Assembly (NCBI RefSeq): GCF_050946405.1
Contig: NZ_JBMNUS010000013.1
Coordinates: 71,443 to 135,442 of the forward strand
Reading direction: 5' to 3'
Source of the DNA: Pseudochelatococcus sp.
GTDB taxonomy: Bacteria; Pseudomonadota; Alphaproteobacteria; Rhizobiales; Beijerinckiaceae
DNA length: 64,000 nucleotides
Positions within the stretch are counted from its first letter, which is position 1. Each line of letters begins with the position of its first letter. Positions 36,358-45,723 of this stretch are shown one piece after another. The notes beneath the pieces are model-generated. The model had not been told where the DNA came from. It did no database searches and saw only the letters and a program-made list of their open reading frames with translations. Made by a program: the position numbers and the translations under genes.

Positions 36358-38247
36358 ATGTGCGGCATCGTGGGATTTCTCGACCGGGATGGCGCGCCGC
36401 GCCCGCACGATCTGCTGCGCCGCATGGCGGAGGCCGTGCGCCACCGGGGGCCGGATGACGAGGGCTTCTTCACCGGCGACGATATCGGTCTCGGGTTCCG
36501 CCGTCTGTCGATCGTCGATCTGGAAGGCGGGCGGCAGCCGATGTTCGCCGGCGACGGGCGTGTGGCGGCCATCTGCAACGGCGAGATCTACAACCACGCC
36601 GAGCTGCGGGCCGATCTCACGGCGCGCGGCCACCGCTTCCGCACGCGCTGCGACACGGAGGTGATTCCGGCGCTGTTCCTCGAATACGGGCTCGACTTTC
36701 CGCGCCGCATCAATGGCCAGTTCGCCTTTGCCGTCTACGATCGGGAGACGCGCCGGCTGGTGCTGGGGCGCGACCATGTGGGCATCGCGCCGCTGTTTCA
36801 TGCCGAGGTCGGCGGGCTGCTGTTGTTCGGCTCGGAAATCCGGGCGCTGCTGTGCCATCCGGGCCTTGCCCGCGATGTCGACCTGACGGCGCTCGACCAG
36901 ATCCTGACCTTTCCGGGGCTGGTGAGCCCGCGCACGATCCTGGCGAACGTGCGCGCGCTGCCGCCGGGGCATCTGCTGGTGGCCGATCCCGGCCGGCCGC
37001 CGCGCCTCGATCGCTTCTGGGATCTCGATTTTCCGCGCCATGATGAGTTTCCGCGCCATGACGAGATCGGCCCGCCCGGCCGGGCGGACGATTACGTCGA
37101 CGAGCTGGACGCCGCGTTGCGGCAGGCGGTGCGCTACCGGTTGCAGGCCGATGTGCCGGTCGCCGGCTATCTGAGCGGCGGCCTCGACAGTTCGCTCGTC
37201 GCCGCCATCGTCGCCGATCTGGAGCCGGGGGCCACGCGGCATACGTTCTCCATCACCTTTCCCGACAGGGCGATCGACGAGCGCGAGCCGCAGCGCCTCG
37301 TCGCGGCGAGGCTCGGCACCGCCCATCACGAGCGGGAGATCGATCCCGCGCGACTCGCCGCCGGGCTCGACCGCATCGTGGGCTGTGCCGAAGCGCCGCT
37401 GCGCGAATCCTATAACGTATGCTCGCTGCATCTGTCGGGCATGGTGCGCGAGGCCGGGCTCAAGGTGGTGCTCACCGGCGAGGGCGCGGACGAGCTTTTC
37501 GGCGGCTATGTGGGCTACAGGCTCGATGCGGAGCGCGCGCCTGACGCGGACGACCCTTACGATCTCGACGCGCTGATCGAGGGCGAGTGGCGCGAGCGCC
37601 TGTGGGGAGACAGCCGTTTCTTCTACGAGAAGGATTATGGCGCGAGCCGCGACATCCGCCGCGAACTCTACGCGCCGGCGCTGGCCGAGCGCTTCGAGGC
37701 GTTCGACTGCCTCGCCCATCCGCTTGTCGACCGCGCGCAGATCGAGGGCCGGCATCCGTTTCATATCCGCTCGTATCTCGATTTCAAGCTGCGCCTGGCC
37801 GATCATCTGCTGGCGGATCACGGCGACAGGGTGAGCTTCGCCAATTCCGTCGAGGCGCGCTATCCGTTTCTGGACATCGGCGTCATCGACGTGGCGCGCC
37901 GCATCCCGCCCGCCCTCATGGTGCATCAGGGCGAGGAAAAGCATATCCTCAAGCGTCTCGCCCGGCGCTACCTGCCGGCGCAGATCGTGGAGCGCAAGAA
38001 GTTCAGCTTCGTCGCCCAGAGCAGCGCCACGCTGCTGCGCGAGGGCGTGCCGCGCGTGCGCGAGGTGCTCGACGAGGCACGCGTCGCGGCGGACGGCTAC
38101 TTCAGCCCGGAGGCGGTCGCGCATCTCAAGCAGCGGCACGCCGCGCCGGGCGCGGAACTCAACCAGACCTTCGAAGACGACTTCCTGATGGTCGCACTGA
38201 CCTTCGGGATCCTGCGCGAACAATTCGATCTGCCGAAACTCTCATGA
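36358..38247 (+). CDS. asparagine synthetase (glutamine-hydrolysing) family amidotransferase, AsnB-like
   Basis: N-terminal MCGIVGF (Cys2 Ntn glutaminase), PP-loop SGGLDSS in C-terminal synthetase domain; starts 3 nt after megasynthetase stop, stop overlaps next NRPS start (ATGA). Confidence 0.85.
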   Translation: MCGIVGFLDRDGAPRPHDLLRRMAEAVRHRGPDDEGFFTGDDIGLGFRRLSIVDLEGGRQPMFAGDGRVAAICNGEIYNHAELRADLTARGHRFRTRCDTEVIPALFLEYGLDFPRRINGQFAFAVYDRETRRLVLGRDHVGIAPLFHAEVGGLLLFGSEIRALLCHPGLARDVDLTALDQILTFPGLVSPRTILANVRALPPGHLLVADPGRPPRLDRFWDLDFPRHDEFPRHDEIGPPGRADDYVDELDAALRQAVRYRLQADVPVAGYLSGGLDSSLVAAIVADLEPGATRHTFSITFPDRAIDEREPQRLVAARLGTAHHEREIDPARLAAGLDRIVGCAEAPLRESYNVCSLHLSGMVREAGLKVVLTGEGADELFGGYVGYRLDAERAPDADDPYDLDALIEGEWRERLWGDSRFFYEKDYGASRDIRRELYAPALAERFEAFDCLAHPLVDRAQIEGRHPFHIRSYLDFKLRLADHLLADHGDRVSFANSVEARYPFLDIGVIDVARRIPPALMVHQGEEKHILKRLARRYLPAQIVERKKFSFVAQSSATLLREGVPRVREVLDEARVAADGYFSPEAVAHLKQRHAAPGAELNQTFEDDFLMVALTFGILREQFDLPKLS

Positions 38248-41200
38248 CAGGACAAGGCCCCGTGCACTCCACCATGCAGCCTCCCGTGCAGCGTCCCATG
38301 CAGCGTAGCTCCTACGTCGACCGGTTCGAGGAGAATGCACGGGCGCGCCCCGCCGCCGCCGCGCTGGCGACGGCGGCGGGTGAAGTGTCCTACGGCGCGC
38401 TCGACGCGCGGGCGCAGCGCCTCGCCCGGCGGCTCGCGCGGCTGGGGGCGGGGAAGGGCGTCATCGTCGGCCTGTTTCTGGACGCCGACGAAACCTATGT
38501 CGCGGCGCTGCTCGGCGCCGGCAAGACGGGCGGCGCCTTCCTGCCGCTGCCGCCGGACCTGCCGCCGCTGCGCGTCGCCGCCTGCCTCGCCAAAGCGGAA
38601 TGCGGGATCGTCGTGACGCTGGGCCGCCACCGCGCCGCGCTGGATGCGGCGCTGGCTGAAGCCGGCCGATCGGTCGCGGTCATCGAGGCGGATGCGCCGG
38701 ACGATGCCGGCGACGCCGCGCCGGTGGCGCGCGCCATCGGCCCTCACGATCCCTGCTACGTCATGTTCACGTCGGGCTCCACCGGCGCGCCGAAGGCCAT
38801 TCTGGGGCCGCATCGCAGCCTCTCCCACTTCCTGCGCTGGGAGGTCGGCGAGTTCGGGCTGGATGAGACGGTGCGCGGCTCGTGGCTCGCGCCCGTCACC
38901 TTCGATGTCAGCCTGCGCGACATCCTCGTGCCGCTCATGGCCGGGGGCACGCTCTGCATTCCCGATGCCGAGACGCGGATGGTGCCGCGCAAGCTGGTCG
39001 ACTGGCTGGCGCGCGAAAAGGTGACGCTGGTGCATTGCGTGCCGACGGTGCTGCGCCTGATCACGCGCGAGCTGGCCGACCGCGGCGGCGATGCCGGCCT
39101 TGCGGTGCGTCATCTGCTGGTGGCGGGCGAGCCGCTGCTCGGCGCGGATGTCGCGGCCTGGCGGGCGGCGGCAGGCGGGCGCGCCGAGGTCGTGAACCTC
39201 TATGGCCCGTCGGAAACCACGCTGGCGAAGGTGTTCCACCGCATCGGCGAATTGCCCGCCGATCCGCGGCGGGTGCTGCCCATCGGCCGGCCGCTGCCCG
39301 ACACATCGGTGCTCGTTCTTTCCAACGGCCGGCTTTGCGGCCCGCAGCAGATCGGCGAGATCCACATCCGCACCGCCTATCCCTCGCTCGGCTACCTGAA
39401 CGACGCGGCGCTGACGGCGGCGAGCTTCATCCGCAATCCGCTCGGCAACGACGATGCCGACATCGTCTACAAGACCGGCGATCTGGGGCGCTACCTGCCG
39501 GACGGCACCGTCGAATGCCTCGGCCGGCAGGACAATCAGGTCAAGGTCAATGGCGTGCGCATCGAGCTTGCCGAGATCGAGGTCGCGCTGCGCGCCGTCG
39601 CGGGCATCGCCAAAGCGGCGGCGGCGGTGCATGCGGGCGGCGGGGCCGATCCCGTGCTCGTGGGTTATTATGTGCCGGATGCCGGCGCGGCGCCGTCGGC
39701 GGAGGCGATCAAGGCGCAGCTCGGGCGCATCCTGCCGGCGGCCATGCTGCCGCACGTGCTGGTGCGTCTCGACGACCTGCCGCGCACCATCAGCGGCAAG
39801 CTCAATCGCAAGGCGTTGCCGCGCCCGGAGGAGCTGTTCTACGCCGAGCATGCCTATGTGGCGCCGCAGGGCGAGACGGAAGACAAGCTCGCGGCCATCT
39901 GGCGCGAGATCTTCGGCCTGACGCGCGTCGGCGTCGAGACCGCCTTTCACGATTTCGGCGGCGACAGCCTGCGGGCGATCCGCGCCGTGCAGAAGATCTT
40001 CCAGACATTCTCCGTCGAGATCAGCCTGAAGGATTTTCTCGCCGCCGCGACGATCCGGGAACTGGCGCGCCTCGTCGCGGCCGCAGTCCCCGCGCCGGTG
40101 AGCGCCATTGCGCGCGCGGCCGATGCGGCAAGCTATCCCGCCACCCCGGCCCAGAACCGGCTGTGGCGTCTCGACCGGCTCGGCATCGCCCCCACCGCCT
40201 ACAATCTGACGGAAGCGTGCGAGCTGCTGGGGCCGGTGAACGAGGCGGCGCTGGAGCGCGCCTTTCGCGACCTGATCGGCCGCCACGAATCGCTGCGCAC
40301 CACATTCGAGGAGGATGCGGACGGCAACGCGCGCCAGATCGTGCACCATGACACGCCCTGGCGGCTCGAACGCGTCGACCTGCGCCGCCATGCGGAGCCG
40401 GACCGCGCCGCCGCGCTGCTGGCGCGGGACAATGCCGGGCATCGCTTCGACCTGCATCGCGGCCCGCTGCTGCGCGTCGTGCTCGCCCGCCTGCCGGATG
40501 CGGAGGGCGCGGCGCGGCATGTGCTGCTGTTCAACATTCATCACATCGTCGCCGACGTGTGGTCGCTCGGCGTGCTGGTGCGCGAGGTGGCGGCGCTCTA
40601 TGCGGCGGCACTCGCCGGCCGCGACGCCGGCCTTGCGCCGCCGGCGCTGCAATTGCGGGATGTGGCCGTGTGGCAGGCCGGGCGGGCGGCCGCCGGCGCG
40701 CTGGACGGCGACCGCGCCTATTGGCTGGAGCGCTTCTCCGCGCTGCCCGCGCCGCTCGACCTGCCGGCCGACCGGCCGCGCCCGCCGGTGCAGACCTTCA
40801 ACGGCACCACGCGGCGCTTCCGCCTGCCGGCGGACCTGACCGGGCAGCTCGACGGCCTCGCGCGCCGGCACGGCACGACGCGCTTCGCCGTGGTCACGGC
40901 GCTGACGAAGGCGCTGCTGCACCGTTATACCGGACAGACGGATATCGTCGTCGGCAGCCCCGTCGCCGGCCGCACGGATGCGGCGCTGGCGGACCAGATC
41001 GGCTATTACGTCAACACGCTCGCGCTGCGCGACACTGCGGAGGCGGGAGCGCGCTTCGCCGACCTGCTCGCGCGCGTGGCGGCGACGGTGCGCGAGGGGC
41101 TCGCGCATCAGGATTACCCGTTCGACGCGCTGGTGCAGGAACTGCCGCTCGAACGCGACATGAGCCGCTCGCCGCTGTTCGACGTCATGGTCGTCGACCA

Positions 41201-44200
41201 CGCCTTCGAGGATGGCGACCTGCGGCTGGAGGGCGTGCGCGTCATGCCCTTCGGCGACCGGAACGCCTGGAACTTCAGCCGTTTCGATCTCGTCTTCCAT
41301 TTTCAGGACGAGGCGGACGAGCTGGTGCTCGATCTCAACTACAACACCGACCTGTTCGACGATGCGCGCATCCTGCGCATGGGCGCGCATTTTGCGGAGC
41401 TGGCGCGCGCCGCAGCCGGCGACGAGTCGCAGGCTGTCGGGGAACTTAACCTGCTGCCGGCGGACGAAAGCCGGGAACTGGCCGCTTTCACGCACGGGCC
41501 GGTCGTGGCGCGCGATGCGGCGGCGACCATCGTCTCGACCTTCGTGGCGGCGGCGCGCCGTCACGCCGGGCGCCCCGCCGTCATCGATGCCGGAGGGCGC
41601 GTGCTCTCCTATGGCGCGCTCGACGGGGCGACGGACCGGCTGGCGCACGATCTCATCGCGGCGCATGGCGTCGCCCCCGGCGAGCGCGTGGCGGTGTTCG
41701 CGAGGCGCACGCCGGAATCGGTCGCCGCCATGCTCGCGGTGATGAAGGCCGGCGGCGTCTATGTGCCGATCGATCCCGACTATCCGGCCGCGCGGATACG
41801 GTTCATGCTGCGCCAGGCCGGCTGCCGGCTGGCGCTCGCCGACAGCGGGGCGGCCCCGGTCGCGGATGTGCAGGTCGTCGCCGTCGCGCCCCGGCTCGCG
41901 GCCGGCGACGCGGCGCAGCCCGTCGACCGCAGCGGCGCGGGCGAGGCGGCCTATGTGATCTTCACCTCCGGGTCGTCGGGCGAGCCGAAGGGGGTGGCGG
42001 TCGCCCACGGCGGTTTCGTCAACATGTCGTCGGGGCAGATCGCCCTTTTCGGACTCACGCCCGAGGACCGGGTGTTGCAGTTCGCCTCGCCGTCCTTCGA
42101 CGCCTCGCTCGCCAACATGTTCATGGCGCTGTTCAGCGGCGCGGCGGTGGTGCTGCCGTCTGCCGGCGACATCAAGAACACGGCCGATTTCCTGGCGCTG
42201 CTGGCGCGGAGCGGCACCACGGCGCTCACCCTGCCGCCGACCTATCTGCGCGCGCTGCGGCGGGCGGAACTGGCCGGGGTGAGGGTGCTCATCACGGCGG
42301 GCGAGGAAGCGCCGGCCGCCGACCTGCTCCATTACGCGCAGCGGCTCGCCGCCTTCAACGCCTACGGCCCGACGGAGTTTTCGGTCTGCGCCACGGTGCA
42401 TGAGGTCAGCGAGCGAGACCGCGACCGCCTGCGCCTGCCCATCGGCCGGCCGTTGCCGAATACGAGCGTGCATGTTCTCGATGCCGCGCTCAAGCCCGTC
42501 CCGGTCGGGATCGCGGGGGAAATCTGGCTCGGCGGCAGCGGGCTCGCGCTCGGCTACGAGGGCGATGCGGCGCAGACCGCCGCGCGCTTCGTCACGCATC
42601 CGCACACGGGCGAGCGCCTCTACCGCACCGGCGATCGCGGCGCGTGGCGCGAGGACGGCGCGGTCGATTTCCTCGGCCGCGCCGACGATCAGGTGAAGGT
42701 GGCGGGCCACCGCATCGAGCCGGGCGAGATCGAGGCGGCGATGCGCGCGGTGCCGGGCGTGCGCGACGCCCATGTCGCCACAGTGGCGCGGGCCGACGGC
42801 TCCGCCGCGCTCGCCGCCTGGTACTGCGCGGACGAGCGCGTGGAGCTGTGGCCTTCGGTGGCGGAGTTCTACGTCTACGACGACATCGCCTATGGCAGCA
42901 TGGCCGCCGACGAGGGGCGCAACCGGCGCTACCGCGAGGCTTTCGCGCGCCACCTGCCCGGCAGGACGGTGGTGGATATCGGCACCGGGCCGGTGGCTAT
43001 CCTCGCGCGCCTCGCCATCGAGGCCGGCGCGCGCAAGGTCTACGCCATCGACAGGCTGGAGGCGACGGCGCGCAAGGCGCGGGAGACCGTGGCGGCGCTC
43101 GGCCTCGACGACCGCATCACGGTGATCCACGGCGACGCCCTGACCCTGGAGCTGCCCGAGACGGTGGATTTCTGCATCTCCGAGATCGTCGGCGCCATCG
43201 GCGGGGCGGAGGGCGCGGCGCGCATCATCAACGGCGCGCGCCGCTACCTGAAGGACCCGGCGGCCATGCTGCCGCAGTTCAGCGACACGCGCATCGCGGC
43301 GCTGGCGCTGCCTCACGACCGGCTCGCGCCGGGCTTTTCGGACATCGCGGCGCATTACGTCGACAAGATCTTCGCGGAGGTCGGCCAGCCGTTCGACCTG
43401 CGCCTGTGCCTCAAGAACCTGCCGCGCGAGGCCATCGTCTCCACCGACGCGCCGTTCGAATATCTGGACTACACGCGCGAGGTGCCGGTCGAGGCGACGC
43501 ACACGGTCGAACTCGTCGTCACGCGGGACAGCGAGATCACCGGCTTCCTCGTCTGGCTGCGGCTCGGCGTCGATGCGGATGCGGTGGTGGATATTCTCGA
43601 CAACCCCGGAAGCTGGCTGCCGGTGTGGCTGCCGGCCTTCGCCGTGCCGGTCGCGGTGGCGGCGGGCGACCGCATCGCCATCACCATCGCGCGGCGGCTT
43701 TGCGGCAACGGTTTCAACGTCGACTTCTTCCTCGACGGCACGGTGACGCGGGCGGCCGGCGAGGCGGTGCCGTTCGCCTGCCGCAGCGCGCATTTCGGCG
43801 ACGGCTTCCGCCGCACGCCCTTCCATGCGGGGCTGTTCGCGGGGGAAGGGGTGCCGCGCTTCGAGGCGCCGACGCCGGCCGTGGTGCGCCGTCACCTGCT
43901 GGGCGCGGTGCCGGCGCATGCCGTTCCGTCCTTCCTCGTGCCGCTCGACAGGCTGCCGGTGACGATCAACGGCAAGATCGATCGCGCCGCCCTGCCGGCC
44001 CCCGGCGATGTCGCGGAAGGAGCGCGCCGGGGAGAGGCGCTTGCGCCGCAGACGCCGCTGGAGCGGCAGGTGCTGGATGTGTGGCGCGAGATCATGAGCC
44101 GGCCGGACATGACGGCGGGCGATGATTTTTTCAGCATGGGCGGCGATTCCATCCGCGCCATCCAGATCGTCTCGCGCCTGCGCCAGCTCGGCTGGAAAGC

Positions 44201-45683
44201 CGAAATCCGCGACGTGTTCCAGAATCCGACCGTCGCGCAGTTTGCGGGCGTTCTCGCGCCGGTACGCGCGCGGGCCGATCAGGGCGCGGTTGTCGGCCCC
44301 GCGCCGCTGACGCCGGTGCAGCGCTGGTTTCTCGAAACGAGCGTGCGGCCGGACCATTTCAACCAGGCGGTGGTGTTGCATGCGGAGGCGATCGACGCGG
44401 CCGCGGCCCAGGCGGCGCTCGAAGCCGTCTGGCGTCATCACGACGCCCTGCGCGCGGTCTTCACCCATGATGGCGGCGGCTGGTCGCAGTCCCTGCTCCC
44501 GCCCGGCGAGCCGCCCCGCGTGGTGGAGATCGCAGCCGATGATCCGGCCGCCTTCGCGGAGGCGGCGCGCGCCGTACAGGCGGGTTTCCGCATCGACCGG
44601 GGGCCGCTGCTCGTGGCGGCGCTGCTGGCGCGCGGCGCGGCGACGACGGAGGATGCAGGGGGAAGCCGGCTGCTGCTCTGCGCGCACCATCTCGTGATGG
44701 ATATCGTGTCGTGGGGCATCCTGATCGAGGACTTCACGGCGGCCTACCTGGCTCATCAGGACGGCACGACGCCGCGCCTGCCGGACAAGACGGATTCCTG
44801 CCGCGACCATGCGCGGGCGCTGGAATCGATCGCGGCGCGGGTGGACTGGACCGGCCGGCTCGGCTACTGGCGCGCGCTGGAGCGGGATGCGCCGCTGCTG
44901 CCGGGCTTCGCCGGCCCGTTCCGCGTCGCGGATGCGTTCACCCTCCAGGGTGTGCTGGCCGCCGGGGTGACGGCGGCGCTGCTCGGCCCGGCCAATCACG
45001 CCTATACGACGGGAACGGAAGACCTGCTGCTCGCCGCTCTTGCTCTCGCGATCGAGCGGCATTTCAGCCGCGCCGGGGCGCTGGTGACGGTCGAGAGCCA
45101 CGGCCGCGAATACCCGCTGGCCGATCTTCTCGGCGATGGCGAGGCGCCCGACGTCACCCGCACGGTCGGCTGGTTCACGGCCTTCCATCCGTTCCGGCTG
45201 GAGGCGGCGTCCGGGATCGGCGAGACCGTGCGCGGCGTCAAGGAGGCGCTGCGCCGCGTGCCGGATCGCGGCTGGAGCCATCTCCTGATGCGGACGCTGC
45301 CGGCGGAATGGGTGGTGCCGGACCTGCGGCCGCAGATCGGCTTCAACTATCTCGGTCAGATGCGTTCGGCCCCCGCCGGCGTCGGCCCCTTCGCCGTCGA
45401 CTGGGACGCGCCCGGCGGCGCGGTGGCGGCGGATGCGCACCGTCCGCATGCGATCGACGTGCTGGCCATGGCGGTGGACGGGGAGCTGCGCGTCAGCCTC
45501 GACGTCGACGAGGCGGCGATCGGACGGGAGGCGGGCGAGGTGCTGCTGCGCCGCTTCCTCGCGGCGATCGAGGAAGTCGTCGCCCATTGCCTCGCGCGGG
45601 AAACCGCCGAGCTTACCCCGTCCGACATGACCTACGACAAGCTGTCGCTGGACGATCTCGATCGTCTGCTGCTGGCCGAATGA
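38244..45683 (+). CDS. NRPS: A-PCP-C-A(embedded PRMT-like MT)-PCP-E (about 2479 aa)
   Basis: ATG 38244 (MTGQGP...) within ORF 37587..45683; A3 FTSGSTGAPKA ~38770, PCP FGGDSL ~39960, C HHIVADVWS ~40540, A4 FTSGSSGEPKG ~41960 with A8 QVKVAGHRIEPGEIE ~42700 and A9/A10 (LPVTINGKIDR) ~43960 separated by ~360 aa insert, PCP FFSMGGDSIRAIQ ~44130, epimerase signature PLTPVQRWF / HHLVMDIVSW ~44300/44685. Confidence 0.9.
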   Translation: MTGQGPVHSTMQPPVQRPMQRSSYVDRFEENARARPAAAALATAAGEVSYGALDARAQRLARRLARLGAGKGVIVGLFLDADETYVAALLGAGKTGGAFLPLPPDLPPLRVAACLAKAECGIVVTLGRHRAALDAALAEAGRSVAVIEADAPDDAGDAAPVARAIGPHDPCYVMFTSGSTGAPKAILGPHRSLSHFLRWEVGEFGLDETVRGSWLAPVTFDVSLRDILVPLMAGGTLCIPDAETRMVPRKLVDWLAREKVTLVHCVPTVLRLITRELADRGGDAGLAVRHLLVAGEPLLGADVAAWRAAAGGRAEVVNLYGPSETTLAKVFHRIGELPADPRRVLPIGRPLPDTSVLVLSNGRLCGPQQIGEIHIRTAYPSLGYLNDAALTAASFIRNPLGNDDADIVYKTGDLGRYLPDGTVECLGRQDNQVKVNGVRIELAEIEVALRAVAGIAKAAAAVHAGGGADPVLVGYYVPDAGAAPSAEAIKAQLGRILPAAMLPHVLVRLDDLPRTISGKLNRKALPRPEELFYAEHAYVAPQGETEDKLAAIWREIFGLTRVGVETAFHDFGGDSLRAIRAVQKIFQTFSVEISLKDFLAAATIRELARLVAAAVPAPVSAIARAADAASYPATPAQNRLWRLDRLGIAPTAYNLTEACELLGPVNEAALERAFRDLIGRHESLRTTFEEDADGNARQIVHHDTPWRLERVDLRRHAEPDRAAALLARDNAGHRFDLHRGPLLRVVLARLPDAEGAARHVLLFNIHHIVADVWSLGVLVREVAALYAAALAGRDAGLAPPALQLRDVAVWQAGRAAAGALDGDRAYWLERFSALPAPLDLPADRPRPPVQTFNGTTRRFRLPADLTGQLDGLARRHGTTRFAVVTALTKALLHRYTGQTDIVVGSPVAGRTDAALADQIGYYVNTLALRDTAEAGARFADLLARVAATVREGLAHQDYPFDALVQELPLERDMSRSPLFDVMVVDHAFEDGDLRLEGVRVMPFGDRNAWNFSRFDLVFHFQDEADELVLDLNYNTDLFDDARILRMGAHFAELARAAAGDESQAVGELNLLPADESRELAAFTHGPVVARDAAATIVSTFVAAARRHAGRPAVIDAGGRVLSYGALDGATDRLAHDLIAAHGVAPGERVAVFARRTPESVAAMLAVMKAGGVYVPIDPDYPAARIRFMLRQAGCRLALADSGAAPVADVQVVAVAPRLAAGDAAQPVDRSGAGEAAYVIFTSGSSGEPKGVAVAHGGFVNMSSGQIALFGLTPEDRVLQFASPSFDASLANMFMALFSGAAVVLPSAGDIKNTADFLALLARSGTTALTLPPTYLRALRRAELAGVRVLITAGEEAPAADLLHYAQRLAAFNAYGPTEFSVCATVHEVSERDRDRLRLPIGRPLPNTSVHVLDAALKPVPVGIAGEIWLGGSGLALGYEGDAAQTAARFVTHPHTGERLYRTGDRGAWREDGAVDFLGRADDQVKVAGHRIEPGEIEAAMRAVPGVRDAHVATVARADGSAALAAWYCADERVELWPSVAEFYVYDDIAYGSMAADEGRNRRYREAFARHLPGRTVVDIGTGPVAILARLAIEAGARKVYAIDRLEATARKARETVAALGLDDRITVIHGDALTLELPETVDFCISEIVGAIGGAEGAARIINGARRYLKDPAAMLPQFSDTRIAALALPHDRLAPGFSDIAAHYVDKIFAEVGQPFDLRLCLKNLPREAIVSTDAPFEYLDYTREVPVEATHTVELVVTRDSEITGFLVWLRLGVDADAVVDILDNPGSWLPVWLPAFAVPVAVAAGDRIAITIARRLCGNGFNVDFFLDGTVTRAAGEAVPFACRSAHFGDGFRRTPFHAGLFAGEGVPRFEAPTPAVVRRHLLGAVPAHAVPSFLVPLDRLPVTINGKIDRAALPAPGDVAEGARRGEALAPQTPLERQVLDVWREIMSRPDMTAGDDFFSMGGDSIRAIQIVSRLRQLGWKAEIRDVFQNPTVAQFAGVLAPVRARADQGAVVGPAPLTPVQRWFLETSVRPDHFNQAVVLHAEAIDAAAAQAALEAVWRHHDALRAVFTHDGGGWSQSLLPPGEPPRVVEIAADDPAAFAEAARAVQAGFRIDRGPLLVAALLARGAATTEDAGGSRLLLCAHHLVMDIVSWGILIEDFTAAYLAHQDGTTPRLPDKTDSCRDHARALESIAARVDWTGRLGYWRALERDAPLLPGFAGPFRVADAFTLQGVLAAGVTAALLGPANHAYTTGTEDLLLAALALAIERHFSRAGALVTVESHGREYPLADLLGDGEAPDVTRTVGWFTAFHPFRLEAASGIGETVRGVKEALRRVPDRGWSHLLMRTLPAEWVVPDLRPQIGFNYLGQMRSAPAGVGPFAVDWDAPGGAVAADAHRPHAIDVLAMAVDGELRVSLDVDEAAIGREAGEVLLRRFLAAIEEVVAHCLARETAELTPSDMTYDKLSLDDLDRLLLAE
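42835..43900 (+). other. domain: methyltransferase with PRMT-like signatures inserted between A8 and A9 of A4
   Basis: SAM motif I VVDIGTGPVAIL; PRMT-like pre-motif DEGRNRRYREAF (cf. Dxx RTxxYxxAI); double-E loop ISEIVGAIGGAEG with two Glu 9 apart as in PRMT1 SEWMGYxLxxE; TH-x loop ATHT. Confidence 0.6.
44290..45680 (+). other. domain: epimerization (E) domain terminating NRPS2, with short acidic C-terminal tail (possible COM/docking)
   Basis: LTPVQRWFLE start, HHLVMDIVSW His motif typical of E not C domains; tail TPSDMTYDKLSLDDLDRLLLAE. Confidence 0.7.
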
Positions 45684-45723
45684 GGAGCGGAACGATGCGC
45701 GCCGGGCGGCTCGGGAGGGAGCC

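Noticed and set aside
38244-39830. Attempted substrate prediction for A3 (pocket begins D-V-x-x-R from FDVSLRD) and for the other A domains
   Set aside because: Manual Stachelhaus extraction without an alignment is unreliable, and the residues I could place do not match a known code. No specificity call is made, and this should be redone with NRPSpredictor/SANDPUMA.
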